56,447 nucleotides of DNA, taken from IMG/VR virus record IMGVR_UViG_3300023181_000034, positions 1 through 56,447 of that record; one strand, written 5' to 3'. This document shows positions 29,709 through 39,784 of this stretch, in pieces. Below the pieces are notes generated by a model. The model saw nothing but the letters and a program-made list of their open reading frames with translations, searched no databases and had not been told where the DNA came from. The translations under genes and the position numbers were made by a program. This stretch comes from a virus (taxonomy: Duplodnaviria > Caudoviricetes). Each line of letters opens with the position of its first letter. Within the stretch, counting starts at the first letter, position 1.

Positions 29709-30152
29709 ATGCAGGCGACTATCAATACACTTGACTTTGAGACCATTTACGGGGTAACATTCCTGAATGGATTGAAGGATATGGAACAGCCTGCACCGAT
29801 GAAAGAAGCGGAATCATATGATTGGCCTGAACGTGATGGACGCGAATACTTCATGTCAGGCAAGGTGGAGGATTACGATGTTTCATTAGATGTGGTTCAA
29901 GTGGGTGCTGATATGTCGGAGTTCTTGGCGCGTAAGGCGGCCTTGGTCGGAGTACTTCAATCCCCAATCTTCCATGCTATCTATGTAGCATCAACGGGGG
30001 TCAGCTATTCAACTAAATACAAGAGCATAACAAGCTACCAACACCTGACAGGACTCGTGGGTCAGGTAGGTGCAAAATATACGATCAATTTAACGGTACT
30101 CACAGGGGGGCAGGTTGCACCACTATTTATTTTAGACGGAAATGGCAACTGA
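29709..30152 (+). CDS. Distal tail protein (Dit-like)
   Basis: YGV...KE....W.E.DG motif; follows tape measure. Confidence 0.7.
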   Translation: MQATINTLDFETIYGVTFLNGLKDMEQPAPMKEAESYDWPERDGREYFMSGKVEDYDVSLDVVQVGADMSEFLARKAALVGVLQSPIFHAIYVASTGVSYSTKYKSITSYQHLTGLVGQVGAKYTINLTVLTGGQVAPLFILDGNGN

Positions 30153-33120
30153 GTTTAGTAGAATATTAATGCGACGCAAGTCAGCGGCAGAATGGAACGC
30201 TATCAATGAAATATTGATGGAGGGTGAATTTGGAATCGTTTTAGGTACCAACCCGGTCTCGTTCAAGATAGGTAATGGACTAAAGGCATGGTCTGAACTT
30301 CCGTTCGTGTTGAACAACGAAGCTATTCAGGCTATGATTGATGCGTTAGAGGCTGGTCAGATTAATGCTGTTATCGGAGTTGCGCCACCCTCAAATATAG
30401 TTGTAGCAAACGTTACGGAACCAGGTACTTATCCATTATATGGTGGATTAGTGGTTTCTTCAGGCGATCTGTCTGGAAATTTAGTTCAATTTAGAAAAAT
30501 ATCAGGGGCTTGGAGCAAAATTCTAACGCCTGTGTTAGCTCCAGCGCCTATTGATAGCCTTACGTCAAGCGCAACTAACTTGCCGTTATCAGCTAACCAA
30601 GGCCGTGTTATTGGATTGTTCAAGGCCGAGTCAGAAGACAAATCAAACTACGTAATTAAAAAAGCAGATGTTTTAGCCCCTATTACTCAGAACACATTAC
30701 TTACATCAGTTAAAAATGCCCAGATTATACTAGCCGCCGTTTCGGCAGCTACTGCATATTTAGTTGGGAAAAATTTTTATGATACTTTTTGGGTAACTGG
30801 AGGACAACAAACATCGTTAATAAGCCAAGGAATAAATTCAATTGATGTAAATGTAACAGCCGGTAACTTTAGAAATGTTATTCTAAATAATAAACAAATC
30901 CCATCTGGAGAATTTACAGTTTCAATTGAATTACTCTTGTTAAGCGGTACGGTTAATGTTCTGCCAAGTTTATATTTTTATCGTGCTGGACAGTCGCAAA
31001 TTGTTGTTAATGCTACGTATGATTCGGCATCAGGATTATATAAAGCAAAAGCCACTTTTACAAATCTAACTCAGCTTTTATCACACATAGAAATTCAATT
31101 TTCTACTGGATCAGCCACAAATGCAACAACTTGGCGCTTAACAACTCAGATAGAATCTGGGGCTTTAAATACTACAATTGTTCCATATATTGGACTTACG
31201 CAAGCCATAGGAGCTAATAGTCAGGTTAGTATTCCAAGGGGGGTATATCAGTATATTTTTGGTACTGGATTTGATTTGAAATATACTTTTTATGGACTTG
31301 AGTGCGCTAATGATTTAAAAACAGATTCTGTAACCACTCCGCTTAGTGCTCAGCAAGGAAAAGTATTAGGAGACTTTAAAGATTTAACCGAGTATAAGTT
31401 AAATTCAATATCTGCTGAAAAAACAAATAGCTTAGTTCTTGCTGGTCTTGAAGATATATCTAGTTTAGATGCTGGTACAATACTAAAATTGTTATCAACT
31501 AGTGGCTCAACAGCAAGACTTCGGGGAAAGAATCTGTATGATACCTTTTGGGTCACAGGAGGAGAAAGCACATCACTCCTTGCACAAGGTGTGAATTTGA
31601 TCGACGTTAACGTTACTGCTGGTGTTTCCCGTTCGGTTAGAATGGTTACTAAGAGACTTCCAGCAGGTCAAGTAATTGCGTCTATTGAAATGGAAATTTT
31701 AACAGGGGTGGTAAACATAACCCCTGTGTTAAATATAATTAGACCGTCCCAAACGCCCACTGCTTCAGGATTGCCGATGACCTTAGTTAATGGTATATAT
31801 AAAGTTAGCGTTACGGTAACAAATCCAGTAGAATTAGATGCGAGGCTTGAAGTTCTATTTTCAAATGCTACAGCTACAAATGCCTTGACTGTTAGGATCA
31901 AAACCCAGATAGAAATAGGAAATGTGGCGACAATACCAAAAGTGCCTTACATAGGTCAGGATATTACTTTAGCCGCGGGTGTAGCACAATCAATTGTTAA
32001 TCCTGGGTTTAAAATTGCATTTGGGGCTGGTTACGTTCTGTCTTATAGCACGATAAGCTTAAAAAGCGGGTCTAAGGAAATCACCGTCATCAGCGACTCA
32101 TTAAGCGCAGATCCTGGGGCTACTACAGGCAAACACTCATCAGATACTAACGTTGATGGGTCATGGCCTGGCGTGTTGGGTCGCGCATTAGGCTCCGACT
32201 ATAAAGTTAACAATATGGGTGTCGGTGGCGAACCTTCGTGGATGATCGTAGGTAGGCAGGGCGGGATACCTGTTAAAATCTTACCTACGACAATTCCTTC
32301 TGAAGTAATTGCAACCAAAGTTGATTTACGAGGACAAGAAGCTAATTATCTTTATGACGGTTCAAAATGGACCTACGCGCCAAATAGTCTTCGATATAAC
32401 ATATCCACAGATATTGGCAAAGGTGTAAATCCATGCATTATCAATGGAATCAAAGGCAACTTGTCAAGGGTAAAAGTTTCCAGCGGTGTACCAGATCCAG
32501 TAACAGGAGAAACAACAAAAAGTGACGTCTACGAATTTTACTTTACCAGGCAGGTTGCAGGTGAGGCCAGTACATTTGTAATTGAAAAAGAGCTTATAAC
32601 TTTTGCTTCTATAAATTACAATAGAAGTATTTTGATCACCTACTTCGGAACTAATGATGGGGAGGTTGTTAGCGGAGCGACCATTGTTCAGACTGGCGCT
32701 ATTCAAAGAGCAAGAAGAGCCATCGATTTATGGAAAGCTACAAATGGAAATAGATTTTTGGTTATGAGTCCCCCGGCGGGGAATAATGTGAGCAATGCTA
32801 TTTCCGATCAACAGTACGGTTTAGAATTTGGACACAATTACATAAATACCCGATTAATGATGGTTAAATATGGCGTTGCAATTGCTAATTCTTTAGGCTT
32901 GGGATACTCTTTTTCTAACAGTTCACCAAACGCTTATCCAATTGGCGCTCCCAACAACGGAGGCGTCCCAGATCCAACCTATCCTACTGTAGGAGATGCT
33001 CTTGCATCTGGTGTTGTTCCTAGAATATTTAAACGAGACGAACCACATAACAATTGGATAGGCGATCAAGTGCTGGAAAAAATTGTTGAGTCAGCAGGTC
33101 ATGAATTGGGATATTGGTAA
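30142..33120 (+). CDS. Tail fibre/receptor-binding protein with duplicated domain and C-terminal SGNH hydrolase
   Basis: N-terminal RR.SAAEW...N.IL.EGE.G...FKIGNG anchor; two PLSA.QG + GKN.YDTFWVTGG repeats; SDSLS, GVGGE, GTND, DEPH SGNH blocks. Confidence 0.75.
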   Translation: MATEFSRILMRRKSAAEWNAINEILMEGEFGIVLGTNPVSFKIGNGLKAWSELPFVLNNEAIQAMIDALEAGQINAVIGVAPPSNIVVANVTEPGTYPLYGGLVVSSGDLSGNLVQFRKISGAWSKILTPVLAPAPIDSLTSSATNLPLSANQGRVIGLFKAESEDKSNYVIKKADVLAPITQNTLLTSVKNAQIILAAVSAATAYLVGKNFYDTFWVTGGQQTSLISQGINSIDVNVTAGNFRNVILNNKQIPSGEFTVSIELLLLSGTVNVLPSLYFYRAGQSQIVVNATYDSASGLYKAKATFTNLTQLLSHIEIQFSTGSATNATTWRLTTQIESGALNTTIVPYIGLTQAIGANSQVSIPRGVYQYIFGTGFDLKYTFYGLECANDLKTDSVTTPLSAQQGKVLGDFKDLTEYKLNSISAEKTNSLVLAGLEDISSLDAGTILKLLSTSGSTARLRGKNLYDTFWVTGGESTSLLAQGVNLIDVNVTAGVSRSVRMVTKRLPAGQVIASIEMEILTGVVNITPVLNIIRPSQTPTASGLPMTLVNGIYKVSVTVTNPVELDARLEVLFSNATATNALTVRIKTQIEIGNVATIPKVPYIGQDITLAAGVAQSIVNPGFKIAFGAGYVLSYSTISLKSGSKEITVISDSLSADPGATTGKHSSDTNVDGSWPGVLGRALGSDYKVNNMGVGGEPSWMIVGRQGGIPVKILPTTIPSEVIATKVDLRGQEANYLYDGSKWTYAPNSLRYNISTDIGKGVNPCIINGIKGNLSRVKVSSGVPDPVTGETTKSDVYEFYFTRQVAGEASTFVIEKELITFASINYNRSILITYFGTNDGEVVSGATIVQTGAIQRARRAIDLWKATNGNRFLVMSPPAGNNVSNAISDQQYGLEFGHNYINTRLMMVKYGVAIANSLGLGYSFSNSSPNAYPIGAPNNGGVPDPTYPTVGDALASGVVPRIFKRDEPHNNWIGDQVLEKIVESAGHELGYW

Positions 33121-33133
33121 TAAACTACAATAA

Positions 33134-35572
33134 ATGAACTACACCATATACCGTAACACCTATCCAATCCACATCTGCCGACCAACAGGGCAGCAGGAAC
33201 GCGCGATCATGGAGAAAGACCTCGTGTCATTCAGCTTCTCGTCACCAGACCCCGTACAACTGCAAATTGGCGACTACATCGACGTTTGGGGTAGTAGGTA
33301 TGAATTGCAGGTGGCAGCCAACGTGACTAAGGACAGCACCCAACAGTATGTATATGAATGCGCGTTCGTTGCTGAATACTACAAGTTGTCCAAATGGAAC
33401 ATGCTTGGGTACGACGCTACGAACACGCTGTCATTACCCGAATGGGAGTTGCAGGGTTCTCTAACCGACTTCCTAGAGATAGCTGTTGCCAATGCAAACC
33501 GCAAATCAACGGGATGGGTAGTAGGCGACGTAGACCCTGCTACGGCTGGCATCATGAAGTACCTGACATTCACACAAGAAAACAACATCCTGTTATCCCT
33601 ATCCCAAATTGCAGCAGCGTTTGATACTGAATGGTGGGTGGTTGGACGTACAATCCATTTCACGAAAAGGCAGGAAGTATCAGGACATAGCTTTGAGTAT
33701 GGGTACGATATGGGTCTCCGTGGTGGACTTCGAAAAACCGCAAGCGATACATCAAATGTATTCAGTCAGTTATTCGTTCAGGGGTCAGAGCAGAATATAC
33801 CGGCCTCATACCGTAGTGGGCAAAGGAGACTACAGCTTCCCACAGGAACGGATTATCTCCAAGGCACCAAATGGGGGCAGGATGAGATTGAACGTTGGAT
33901 TACATTTGACGATATCAGACCTGAAAGAATAGGAACGGTTACGGCATCGACGGGCACACTCTCTTTCACAGACTCAGGTATTGACTTTGACTTAAATGCA
34001 CCTGGAACTTTGCTCCCCGGTGTCAGCGCCAAAGTATCATTTCTGACTGGTAACCTTAGTGGGTATAACTTCGAGATCGCAAAGGGGGGGTATGATCATG
34101 CAACGCGTACAGTTCGCATAGTGACCAACGAACAGGAGAAAGGAAACATCCTACCTGACGACACACGCAGACCAGAAGTTGGAGATACTTATTTCTTCTT
34201 TGATATCGTGATGCCTGATAGCTATGTGACAAGCGCGGAATCACGTTTGTTAGCAGCAGGGACAGCACATCTATTCAAAAACGGATCACCTAAGTTTGCC
34301 TTTGAAGTACCACCAGATCATTTCTTTTTCACGCGAAACAGCACGTTGCTAACATTAGGTGACACGGTTCACGTGAAAGATTTAGATTTGGGACTCGATA
34401 ACGATATCAGAATCACGGCCTACACACGCTCACTACACAACGAATTTGAGTACACTAGCATGAGCCTGTCCGATTTCGTGACTACTCCCGCTATTGTTAG
34501 ACAATATGCAGCAGCAGAAATCACTAAGAAAGCACTGGAAGCTGGAAAGGTGTACGATATCAAAAGGGCACGTAACAATTGGAGGACGACTGCAGAACTG
34601 TCAACACTACTCGATACCGTTCGGGCTGAAATGCTGTTGATTGTTACTGATGGAGGATCTTATACCACCACAATAACCGCAACGCTTACAACGACTGATT
34701 TCACAACTACAGGAGGGCAACTCACTCAGGAGCAATATTTGGGAGATACAAATGGTATTTGGACAGTCGCACCGTTTACCGGGTCGGTTACGGGTGGAGC
34801 AAAGTTCGTCTACATTCGTGCTAGTAAAACAGCCAATACAGCTAACATAATACTATCTGACACTAAAATTGGTGTTGAGTCAGTAAGCGGTGTTTATCAT
34901 TTCCCTTTAGGCATAATCTCCAGCGTTATCGACAGCGCAAGGACTTTTACCCGGTTATTTGGCCGAACATCAATTACAGGTGGACAGGTAGCAACTGGGG
35001 AGATCGTATCAAATAGCGGTGACTCACGCATAAATTTAGATGATGGTACATTTAGCTTTGAGAACACGCTTGCCTCCATTAAGTTTACAGATGCCGGGGT
35101 TATATTGGAAGGAACCATAATCGCTACTAGTGCGGAGTTTATTAATTTGATTGTGCAGAACTTACGGACTGCGAACGTTGGAGAAAAAAGGGTTGTTATT
35201 GATGCCGATCAAAACAACATCAGATTGTACAATGCTGCAAATCAAGTGTTATTGGAAGTGGATGACGATGCAGCGGTTGAGGGCTTTGGTGATGCTATCC
35301 CGGCTATGGGTCCAGGTCTTAGGGTTGGACTTCATGATGGTAATAGAGCAACAGTAAGCAACCGTGGGTTTTATGTGGTAAATGGAACAACTGGAGAGAA
35401 GTCTTATGTAGCTTCTGACAGAATAGTAACTGAGGGCGATTTACTTGTAGGTGGTGATGTAACGTTCATAGGTAGCATGAAGTCAGGCTCAGATACAGGC
35501 GCTACATCAAATATAGATGCGGGTGGTGCTCATATGAGGTTTGTTAACGGACTTTACGTTGGAGTTTGGTAG
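33134..35572 (+). CDS. Tail tip/hub protein (Tal-like)
   Basis: GSEQNIP..YR...RLQLP; FDDIRP...GTV; F.TG.LSGY.FEI; GD.Y...DI.MP.SYV..AE..L. Confidence 0.8.
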   Translation: MNYTIYRNTYPIHICRPTGQQERAIMEKDLVSFSFSSPDPVQLQIGDYIDVWGSRYELQVAANVTKDSTQQYVYECAFVAEYYKLSKWNMLGYDATNTLSLPEWELQGSLTDFLEIAVANANRKSTGWVVGDVDPATAGIMKYLTFTQENNILLSLSQIAAAFDTEWWVVGRTIHFTKRQEVSGHSFEYGYDMGLRGGLRKTASDTSNVFSQLFVQGSEQNIPASYRSGQRRLQLPTGTDYLQGTKWGQDEIERWITFDDIRPERIGTVTASTGTLSFTDSGIDFDLNAPGTLLPGVSAKVSFLTGNLSGYNFEIAKGGYDHATRTVRIVTNEQEKGNILPDDTRRPEVGDTYFFFDIVMPDSYVTSAESRLLAAGTAHLFKNGSPKFAFEVPPDHFFFTRNSTLLTLGDTVHVKDLDLGLDNDIRITAYTRSLHNEFEYTSMSLSDFVTTPAIVRQYAAAEITKKALEAGKVYDIKRARNNWRTTAELSTLLDTVRAEMLLIVTDGGSYTTTITATLTTTDFTTTGGQLTQEQYLGDTNGIWTVAPFTGSVTGGAKFVYIRASKTANTANIILSDTKIGVESVSGVYHFPLGIISSVIDSARTFTRLFGRTSITGGQVATGEIVSNSGDSRINLDDGTFSFENTLASIKFTDAGVILEGTIIATSAEFINLIVQNLRTANVGEKRVVIDADQNNIRLYNAANQVLLEVDDDAAVEGFGDAIPAMGPGLRVGLHDGNRATVSNRGFYVVNGTTGEKSYVASDRIVTEGDLLVGGDVTFIGSMKSGSDTGATSNIDAGGAHMRFVNGLYVGVW

Positions 35573-35573
35573 T

Positions 35574-35900
35574 TTAATGAACCACATCTAATGTATGAAC
35601 AGCCTTTCCTCCATTCATACACATAGATTTTATCTCCTTGTAAGCTACCTTACCATTGATTATTATTTTGACTTCAGAGTCTGAATTCCCTTCCGTAATT
35701 ACGGTAAGTTTTGATAAATGGTTTGTGTCTAAAATGGTAGAATCTTTAGCGACAGTCATTTCTTTAAATCCATTTTCAGTCTCAATTTTTGCTATGCAAT
35801 TTTCGCAATGTATCAGATACTCTATGTTGGATGTTTGAGTTTCTTTTTTGCAGCCTAGTAAACTTGCGGCAACTGTCAGGGTAAGTAGTAATTTTTTCAT
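35574..35900 (-). CDS. Lipoprotein (possible superinfection-exclusion moron)
   Basis: MKKLLLTLTVAASLLG/CKKE lipobox; opposite strand between tail and lysis genes. Confidence 0.7.
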   Translation of the reverse strand: MKKLLLTLTVAASLLGCKKETQTSNIEYLIHCENCIAKIETENGFKEMTVAKDSTILDTNHLSKLTVITEGNSDSEVKIIINGKVAYKEIKSMCMNGGKAVHTLDVVH

Positions 35901-36085
35901 AGCGTTATATTTGGATGTGCTAATGTACTGATAATTAATTTGGTATTCTTTACGGGTTCCCGTAGTTGGGATCAACCTGCTCTTATATAATTTGCCTTTG
36001 TTTTCATACTTCAAAGGTATGATCACCCACTATACCAAACAATCCCAAATAACTACTAGATGGAATGTACTACATAGGGGCGTGG

Positions 36086-36147
36086 TTTACGTGGTATGCG
36101 TGGTAAGTTAGCGAGTAGTTTTCTCGCACGCGCAAGGCATACTTTTG
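36086..36147 (+). promoter_or_regulatory. Class-II (late) promoter of lysis cassette
   Basis: TTTAC-N12-GTAAG; ACGCGCAA; TACTTTTG at +54. Confidence 0.75.
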
Positions 36148-36152
36148 CTTAC

Positions 36153-36314
36153 ATGATTAAATCGTATGAGCCCTATTCACAATATGTTCCTATCATAATG
36201 GCGACAGTTCAGTCTTTACAGCTTGTAGCCTTATGTATAATTATGGTATTGCTAGTGGTGCAAAACAGACAGAATAAAAAGCTGGAAGCAAAATTAGACA
36301 GATTGATCGGGTAA
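36153..36314 (+). CDS. Small single-TM protein (lysis cassette)
   Basis: Likely start MIKSYE; one hydrophobic segment. Confidence 0.5.
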   Translation: MIKSYEPYSQYVPIIMATVQSLQLVALCIIMVLLVVQNRQNKKLEAKLDRLIG

Positions 36315-36317
36315 TGA

Positions 36318-36614
36318 ATGTCACAAGAGGAAAAAGCGAAGATGGAACTACCAAACGGATGGAAGAAAATAAACTTCTATTCCCTAAACCTTGCTTATTG
36401 CTTTTTCGTGCTATTTGTTCCTTTACAAGTGGGTACGGTTAAGACGATACTGATAAAAGCATTCAATGAAAGCATGTATGATGCTCTAAATGGATGGATA
36501 TTGATAGGACTTCTCATCACAGCGAGCGGAGCCGGAATATTAGGATTTATCAGAATGATAAGTGTAAAGAAGATTATTAGCGCATTGGAAAATAATGATA
36601 GAGAAAACAATTAG
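36318..36614 (+). CDS. Membrane protein, holin candidate
   Basis: Two TM segments, charged C-terminus. Confidence 0.55.
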   Translation: MSQEEKAKMELPNGWKKINFYSLNLAYCFFVLFVPLQVGTVKTILIKAFNESMYDALNGWILIGLLITASGAGILGFIRMISVKKIISALENNDRENN

Positions 36615-36990
36615 TTTCGGAATCTTCATGCTGATTGAGAACTTAATCATTCTCACATTACTTGGGGATCTTATTCGTAGGGTTGCGACTAAAGTATATT
36701 TCATCAGGCACCCACATATCTATTGGACAGGAGGTGTAATATTCCTGGCATATCTGATTTGTGTATTCATTGGGAATGCATCTGAGACTTATACCGGACT
36801 TATGGCTTATGTTTTCGGAGATAAACCGATAGAAACGATGACAGTTGCAGCAAGGGTATTTAATAGATCAATGTTCTTATGCGCTAAATCCCTGCTTTGG
36901 TATTATACAGTGAATCATGGGTTTGAAATATTCTCTCGTAAAAGTAATCACAGCGATGATTTAGGAGATAGTAAAGGATATAAATTATAA
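36595..36990 (+). CDS. Membrane protein, holin candidate
   Basis: About three TM segments, immediately upstream of the endolysin. Confidence 0.55.
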   Translation: MIEKTISFGIFMLIENLIILTLLGDLIRRVATKVYFIRHPHIYWTGGVIFLAYLICVFIGNASETYTGLMAYVFGDKPIETMTVAARVFNRSMFLCAKSLLWYYTVNHGFEIFSRKSNHSDDLGDSKGYKL

Positions 36991-36997
36991 AAATGAT

Positions 36998-37561
36998 ATG
37001 GCAAAATTTGAAATAGCAGAAAGCATAACCGGAAGGAATGAGGGAGGTTATGCGAACAATCCAGCAGACAGTGGAGGGGAAACTTACGCAGGTATAGCCC
37101 GTAATTATTGGCCTAAATGGGAGGGTTGGAAGTATTTAGATGTGTTTAAAAAGGAATTTGTTTTCACAAACAAAAGAAACCCAACAGCCAAAGAAATTAA
37201 TAAAGCTATGTCTGCTTCGTCTTATATAAAAGAGGCTATTTCTAAATTCTACAAACAGAACTTCTGGGATGTAAATAAGCTTGATCAGATCAATGATCAA
37301 CAAATTGCTAATACCGTTTATGACTTTGGAGTAAATTCCGGTACGGGTAGAGCAGCTAAGTATTTACAACAAGCATTAGGTGTAGCTCAAGATAGTAAGA
37401 TTGGCCCGGCTACGCTTGCTGCAGTCAATAGCATTCCGCCAAAGATTACTCATAATAAATTTAATTCGTTGCGTGAAACATTCTATAGGTCTATTGCTAA
37501 AGGGAATCAGGCGGAATTTCTTCGTAGTTGGTTGAGCAGGCTTAAACCATATCAGGGTTAG
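36998..37561 (+). CDS. Endolysin, glycoside hydrolase family 108
   Basis: EGGYANNPADSGGETYAGI; YDFGVNSG; LQ.ALGV..D.KIGP.TL; FL.SWL.R. Confidence 0.92.
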   Translation: MAKFEIAESITGRNEGGYANNPADSGGETYAGIARNYWPKWEGWKYLDVFKKEFVFTNKRNPTAKEINKAMSASSYIKEAISKFYKQNFWDVNKLDQINDQQIANTVYDFGVNSGTGRAAKYLQQALGVAQDSKIGPATLAAVNSIPPKITHNKFNSLRETFYRSIAKGNQAEFLRSWLSRLKPYQG

Positions 37562-37564
37562 GTT

Positions 37565-37852
37565 ATGGCATCAGAACACGACTTAGATCAAAAGACCAGA
37601 TCAGGGATCGCTTACATATCAACAATATCGTGCTGGCTGATAATTGCCTTTATTGTCTACAGGTATGGTGACAAAACTGAAATCCTTACGCTAATCATTG
37701 GGTTAATCAGCGGTTCTATAGGAACGGTGCTTGCCCTTTACTTTGGCGGGGTGATCAATCCTAAGCCTAAGACTCCAACTATTCCAGGTCAGACTACTAC
37801 TGAGGTGAATATGACCACAACCGAGCCGACACCTATTATTGAAGAGAAATGA
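37565..37852 (+). CDS. Holin-like two-TM protein
   Basis: Two TM segments ending YFGG. Confidence 0.6.
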   Translation: MASEHDLDQKTRSGIAYISTISCWLIIAFIVYRYGDKTEILTLIIGLISGSIGTVLALYFGGVINPKPKTPTIPGQTTTEVNMTTTEPTPIIEEK

Positions 37853-38184
37853 GTGAATTGAAAGATCTTTCCCCCAGAATATCCTTTAACCAAGTTTTAA
37901 AGTCGCCACCAACTTATATGTTGATCGTGGCTGTTTCGCTGTTGTGGTATTTCGTGTATCAGTTTACGGGTTCCATTGATCAGGTAAATATCAATTGTGA
38001 GGCTGAAAAGAAGCAATTGCGTATTGAATTGACTCAAGCTCGTGCTGATAAGGACGCGCTGACTACCGCTTTGCTGGTAAAGAATGGAATCATATTGCAG
38101 CAGGCGCAAGATAAGAAAGAACTAGATAGTACGATAAGGACAACAGTTGGAACAAAAGCAAAGAAAATACTTAAGGAGGAATAA
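37849..38184 (+). CDS. TM + coiled-coil protein (i-spanin-like)
   Basis: N-terminal TM segment, coiled coil. Confidence 0.5.
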   Translation: MSELKDLSPRISFNQVLKSPPTYMLIVAVSLLWYFVYQFTGSIDQVNINCEAEKKQLRIELTQARADKDALTTALLVKNGIILQQAQDKKELDSTIRTTVGTKAKKILKEE

Positions 38185-38189
38185 TAATT

Positions 38190-38993
38190 ATGAAAAACAT
38201 TAAACTATACATTGTAATTGGCCTCCTGTCAGTAGGGGTTGTATTACTCGTGAGGCAATGCATAAATCAGCATGCTAAGATCACGGCAAAAGAGAAACAA
38301 GATGCCCGGGTGGTTAAAGCAATCGTTACTGAGGCTAAAGAGATAGCCCGTAAGGTTGACGAAAAAGGCATAGAGACAGTTATCTACGACGTTACCGGGA
38401 ATCGGGCTAAGATAGCCCAGATTGAATCAAATGACGCAACCAAAGGTATTATAGACACAACCGCAATGGCGCTGGATATCAGAACTAAGCAATTGAAGCA
38501 GATCCTTGTTGTCAATAGCACATTGGAAGCTGAAAACCTTCGCTTAAAGAGACAGGTAGACGCAAACAATCGCCCATACTATACCTACAAAGGAAATGGA
38601 CTTGATTTACGTTTCACCCCGGCCGATGCCTTGGATAGCAATAGCGTTGCCACCGCAGATTTTAGTGCAAACGTAAAGATCAAAGCAACTCAGTACTGGA
38701 AGCGGTCGTGGTTCTTAGGAGCTAATAAGTCAATTCTAGCCGTATCATCAGACAACCCTATGTTCAAGGTTAACGGTGCCGACTACGTAGAGTTCGAACA
38801 GAAACAACCTGGATTTGGATTACGCCTGCAAGCAAACGGCTCATACAACGTTACCACTGGAGAATTAAGTTATGGTCCTGCGTTACGCGTAGACCTTGGC
38901 AGATTATCAATACAAGGGCGTTACAGTAGGTTTCCTAGCAATGAAAGGTGGGTACCAAGTATTAACGCAAGTTATGATTTGTTGAGGTTTTAA
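38190..38993 (+). CDS. Membrane-anchored lysis accessory (spanin-like) protein
   Basis: N-terminal TM, coiled coil, beta-rich C-terminus ending in F. Confidence 0.5.
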   Translation: MKNIKLYIVIGLLSVGVVLLVRQCINQHAKITAKEKQDARVVKAIVTEAKEIARKVDEKGIETVIYDVTGNRAKIAQIESNDATKGIIDTTAMALDIRTKQLKQILVVNSTLEAENLRLKRQVDANNRPYYTYKGNGLDLRFTPADALDSNSVATADFSANVKIKATQYWKRSWFLGANKSILAVSSDNPMFKVNGADYVEFEQKQPGFGLRLQANGSYNVTTGELSYGPALRVDLGRLSIQGRYSRFPSNERWVPSINASYDLLRF

Positions 38994-38995
38994 TT

Positions 38996-39034
38996 ATTAC
39001 AATTTGTTATATTGGTAATAAATAGTTATCTTCG
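38996..39034 (+). promoter_or_regulatory. Class-I promoter
   Basis: ATTACAATTTGTTAT ... TATCTTCG. Confidence 0.7.
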
Positions 39035-39040
39035 TTTCAT

Positions 39041-39141
39041 GCTTGCCTGATCTGAAGTACGTAAGCCATATAAAGACATTTAAAAGAAGTTTTTCCCCAA
39101 AGTAACCGAGTCAGATCCGGCGAAACAGGGAGAAACTTTTT
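39041..39141 (+). ncRNA. Kissing-loop leader element C
   Basis: GCTTGC..[GATCTGA]..GTAAGC; AGAAGTTTTTCCC...CCG-AG[TCAGATC]-CGG...GGGAGAAACTTTTT. Confidence 0.7.
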
Positions 39142-39156
39142 AAGTATAAATGTATT

Positions 39157-39783
39157 ATGGAACCTAAGATATTACAAATAAGAAACACAGTTAATTATTT
39201 CATTTCTAGTGAAGGGTATTGTTTTAAATCAAAAAATGGAAAAGATGTTGAAGTAGAGGTAAATGTGGTTAGAAGAATCCCTTACGTTCTTATTTGCGGC
39301 ATCAAGCATAACTTAGGTTATTTAATGGCTGAATATTTTTTGGCAGAGTCTAGCGATATAGGTCTTTACGATAGAGTTTCTTTTAAGTTTGAGAATAATA
39401 GATTGATTTTAAGTAGCATAAATATAAAAAGGTATTTAGAAAAGAATAGTCATGAACAAAGGCAAATTTTTCAATATGGTTGTGACATTAAGGTTAGTAA
39501 CCACAATAATAGAGTAGATTATCAGAATAGTATTAGCTCTTTAGATATTTTAAATGCGCTAAAAAGATCAAATTTTAAATGTTTGTATTGTGGGGATCCT
39601 ATTAAACCAAAGAAATGGCATTTAGACCATGTAATTCCTTTATCCTTGGGTGGTAAAAATACTTTTACAAATATTGCCGCAACATGCATACACTGTAATA
39701 TGATGAAGGGCGCATTCGGTATGGATAAATTTTTATCCCAATGTAAAAAAATAACTAGATATAATAGTGAAATTATAAGCTGA
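39157..39783 (+). CDS. HNH endonuclease
   Basis: CLYCG...HLDHVIPLSLGG.N...NI...C.HCN..KG. Confidence 0.88.
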   Translation: MEPKILQIRNTVNYFISSEGYCFKSKNGKDVEVEVNVVRRIPYVLICGIKHNLGYLMAEYFLAESSDIGLYDRVSFKFENNRLILSSINIKRYLEKNSHEQRQIFQYGCDIKVSNHNNRVDYQNSISSLDILNALKRSNFKCLYCGDPIKPKKWHLDHVIPLSLGGKNTFTNIAATCIHCNMMKGAFGMDKFLSQCKKITRYNSEIIS

Positions 39784-39784
39784 T

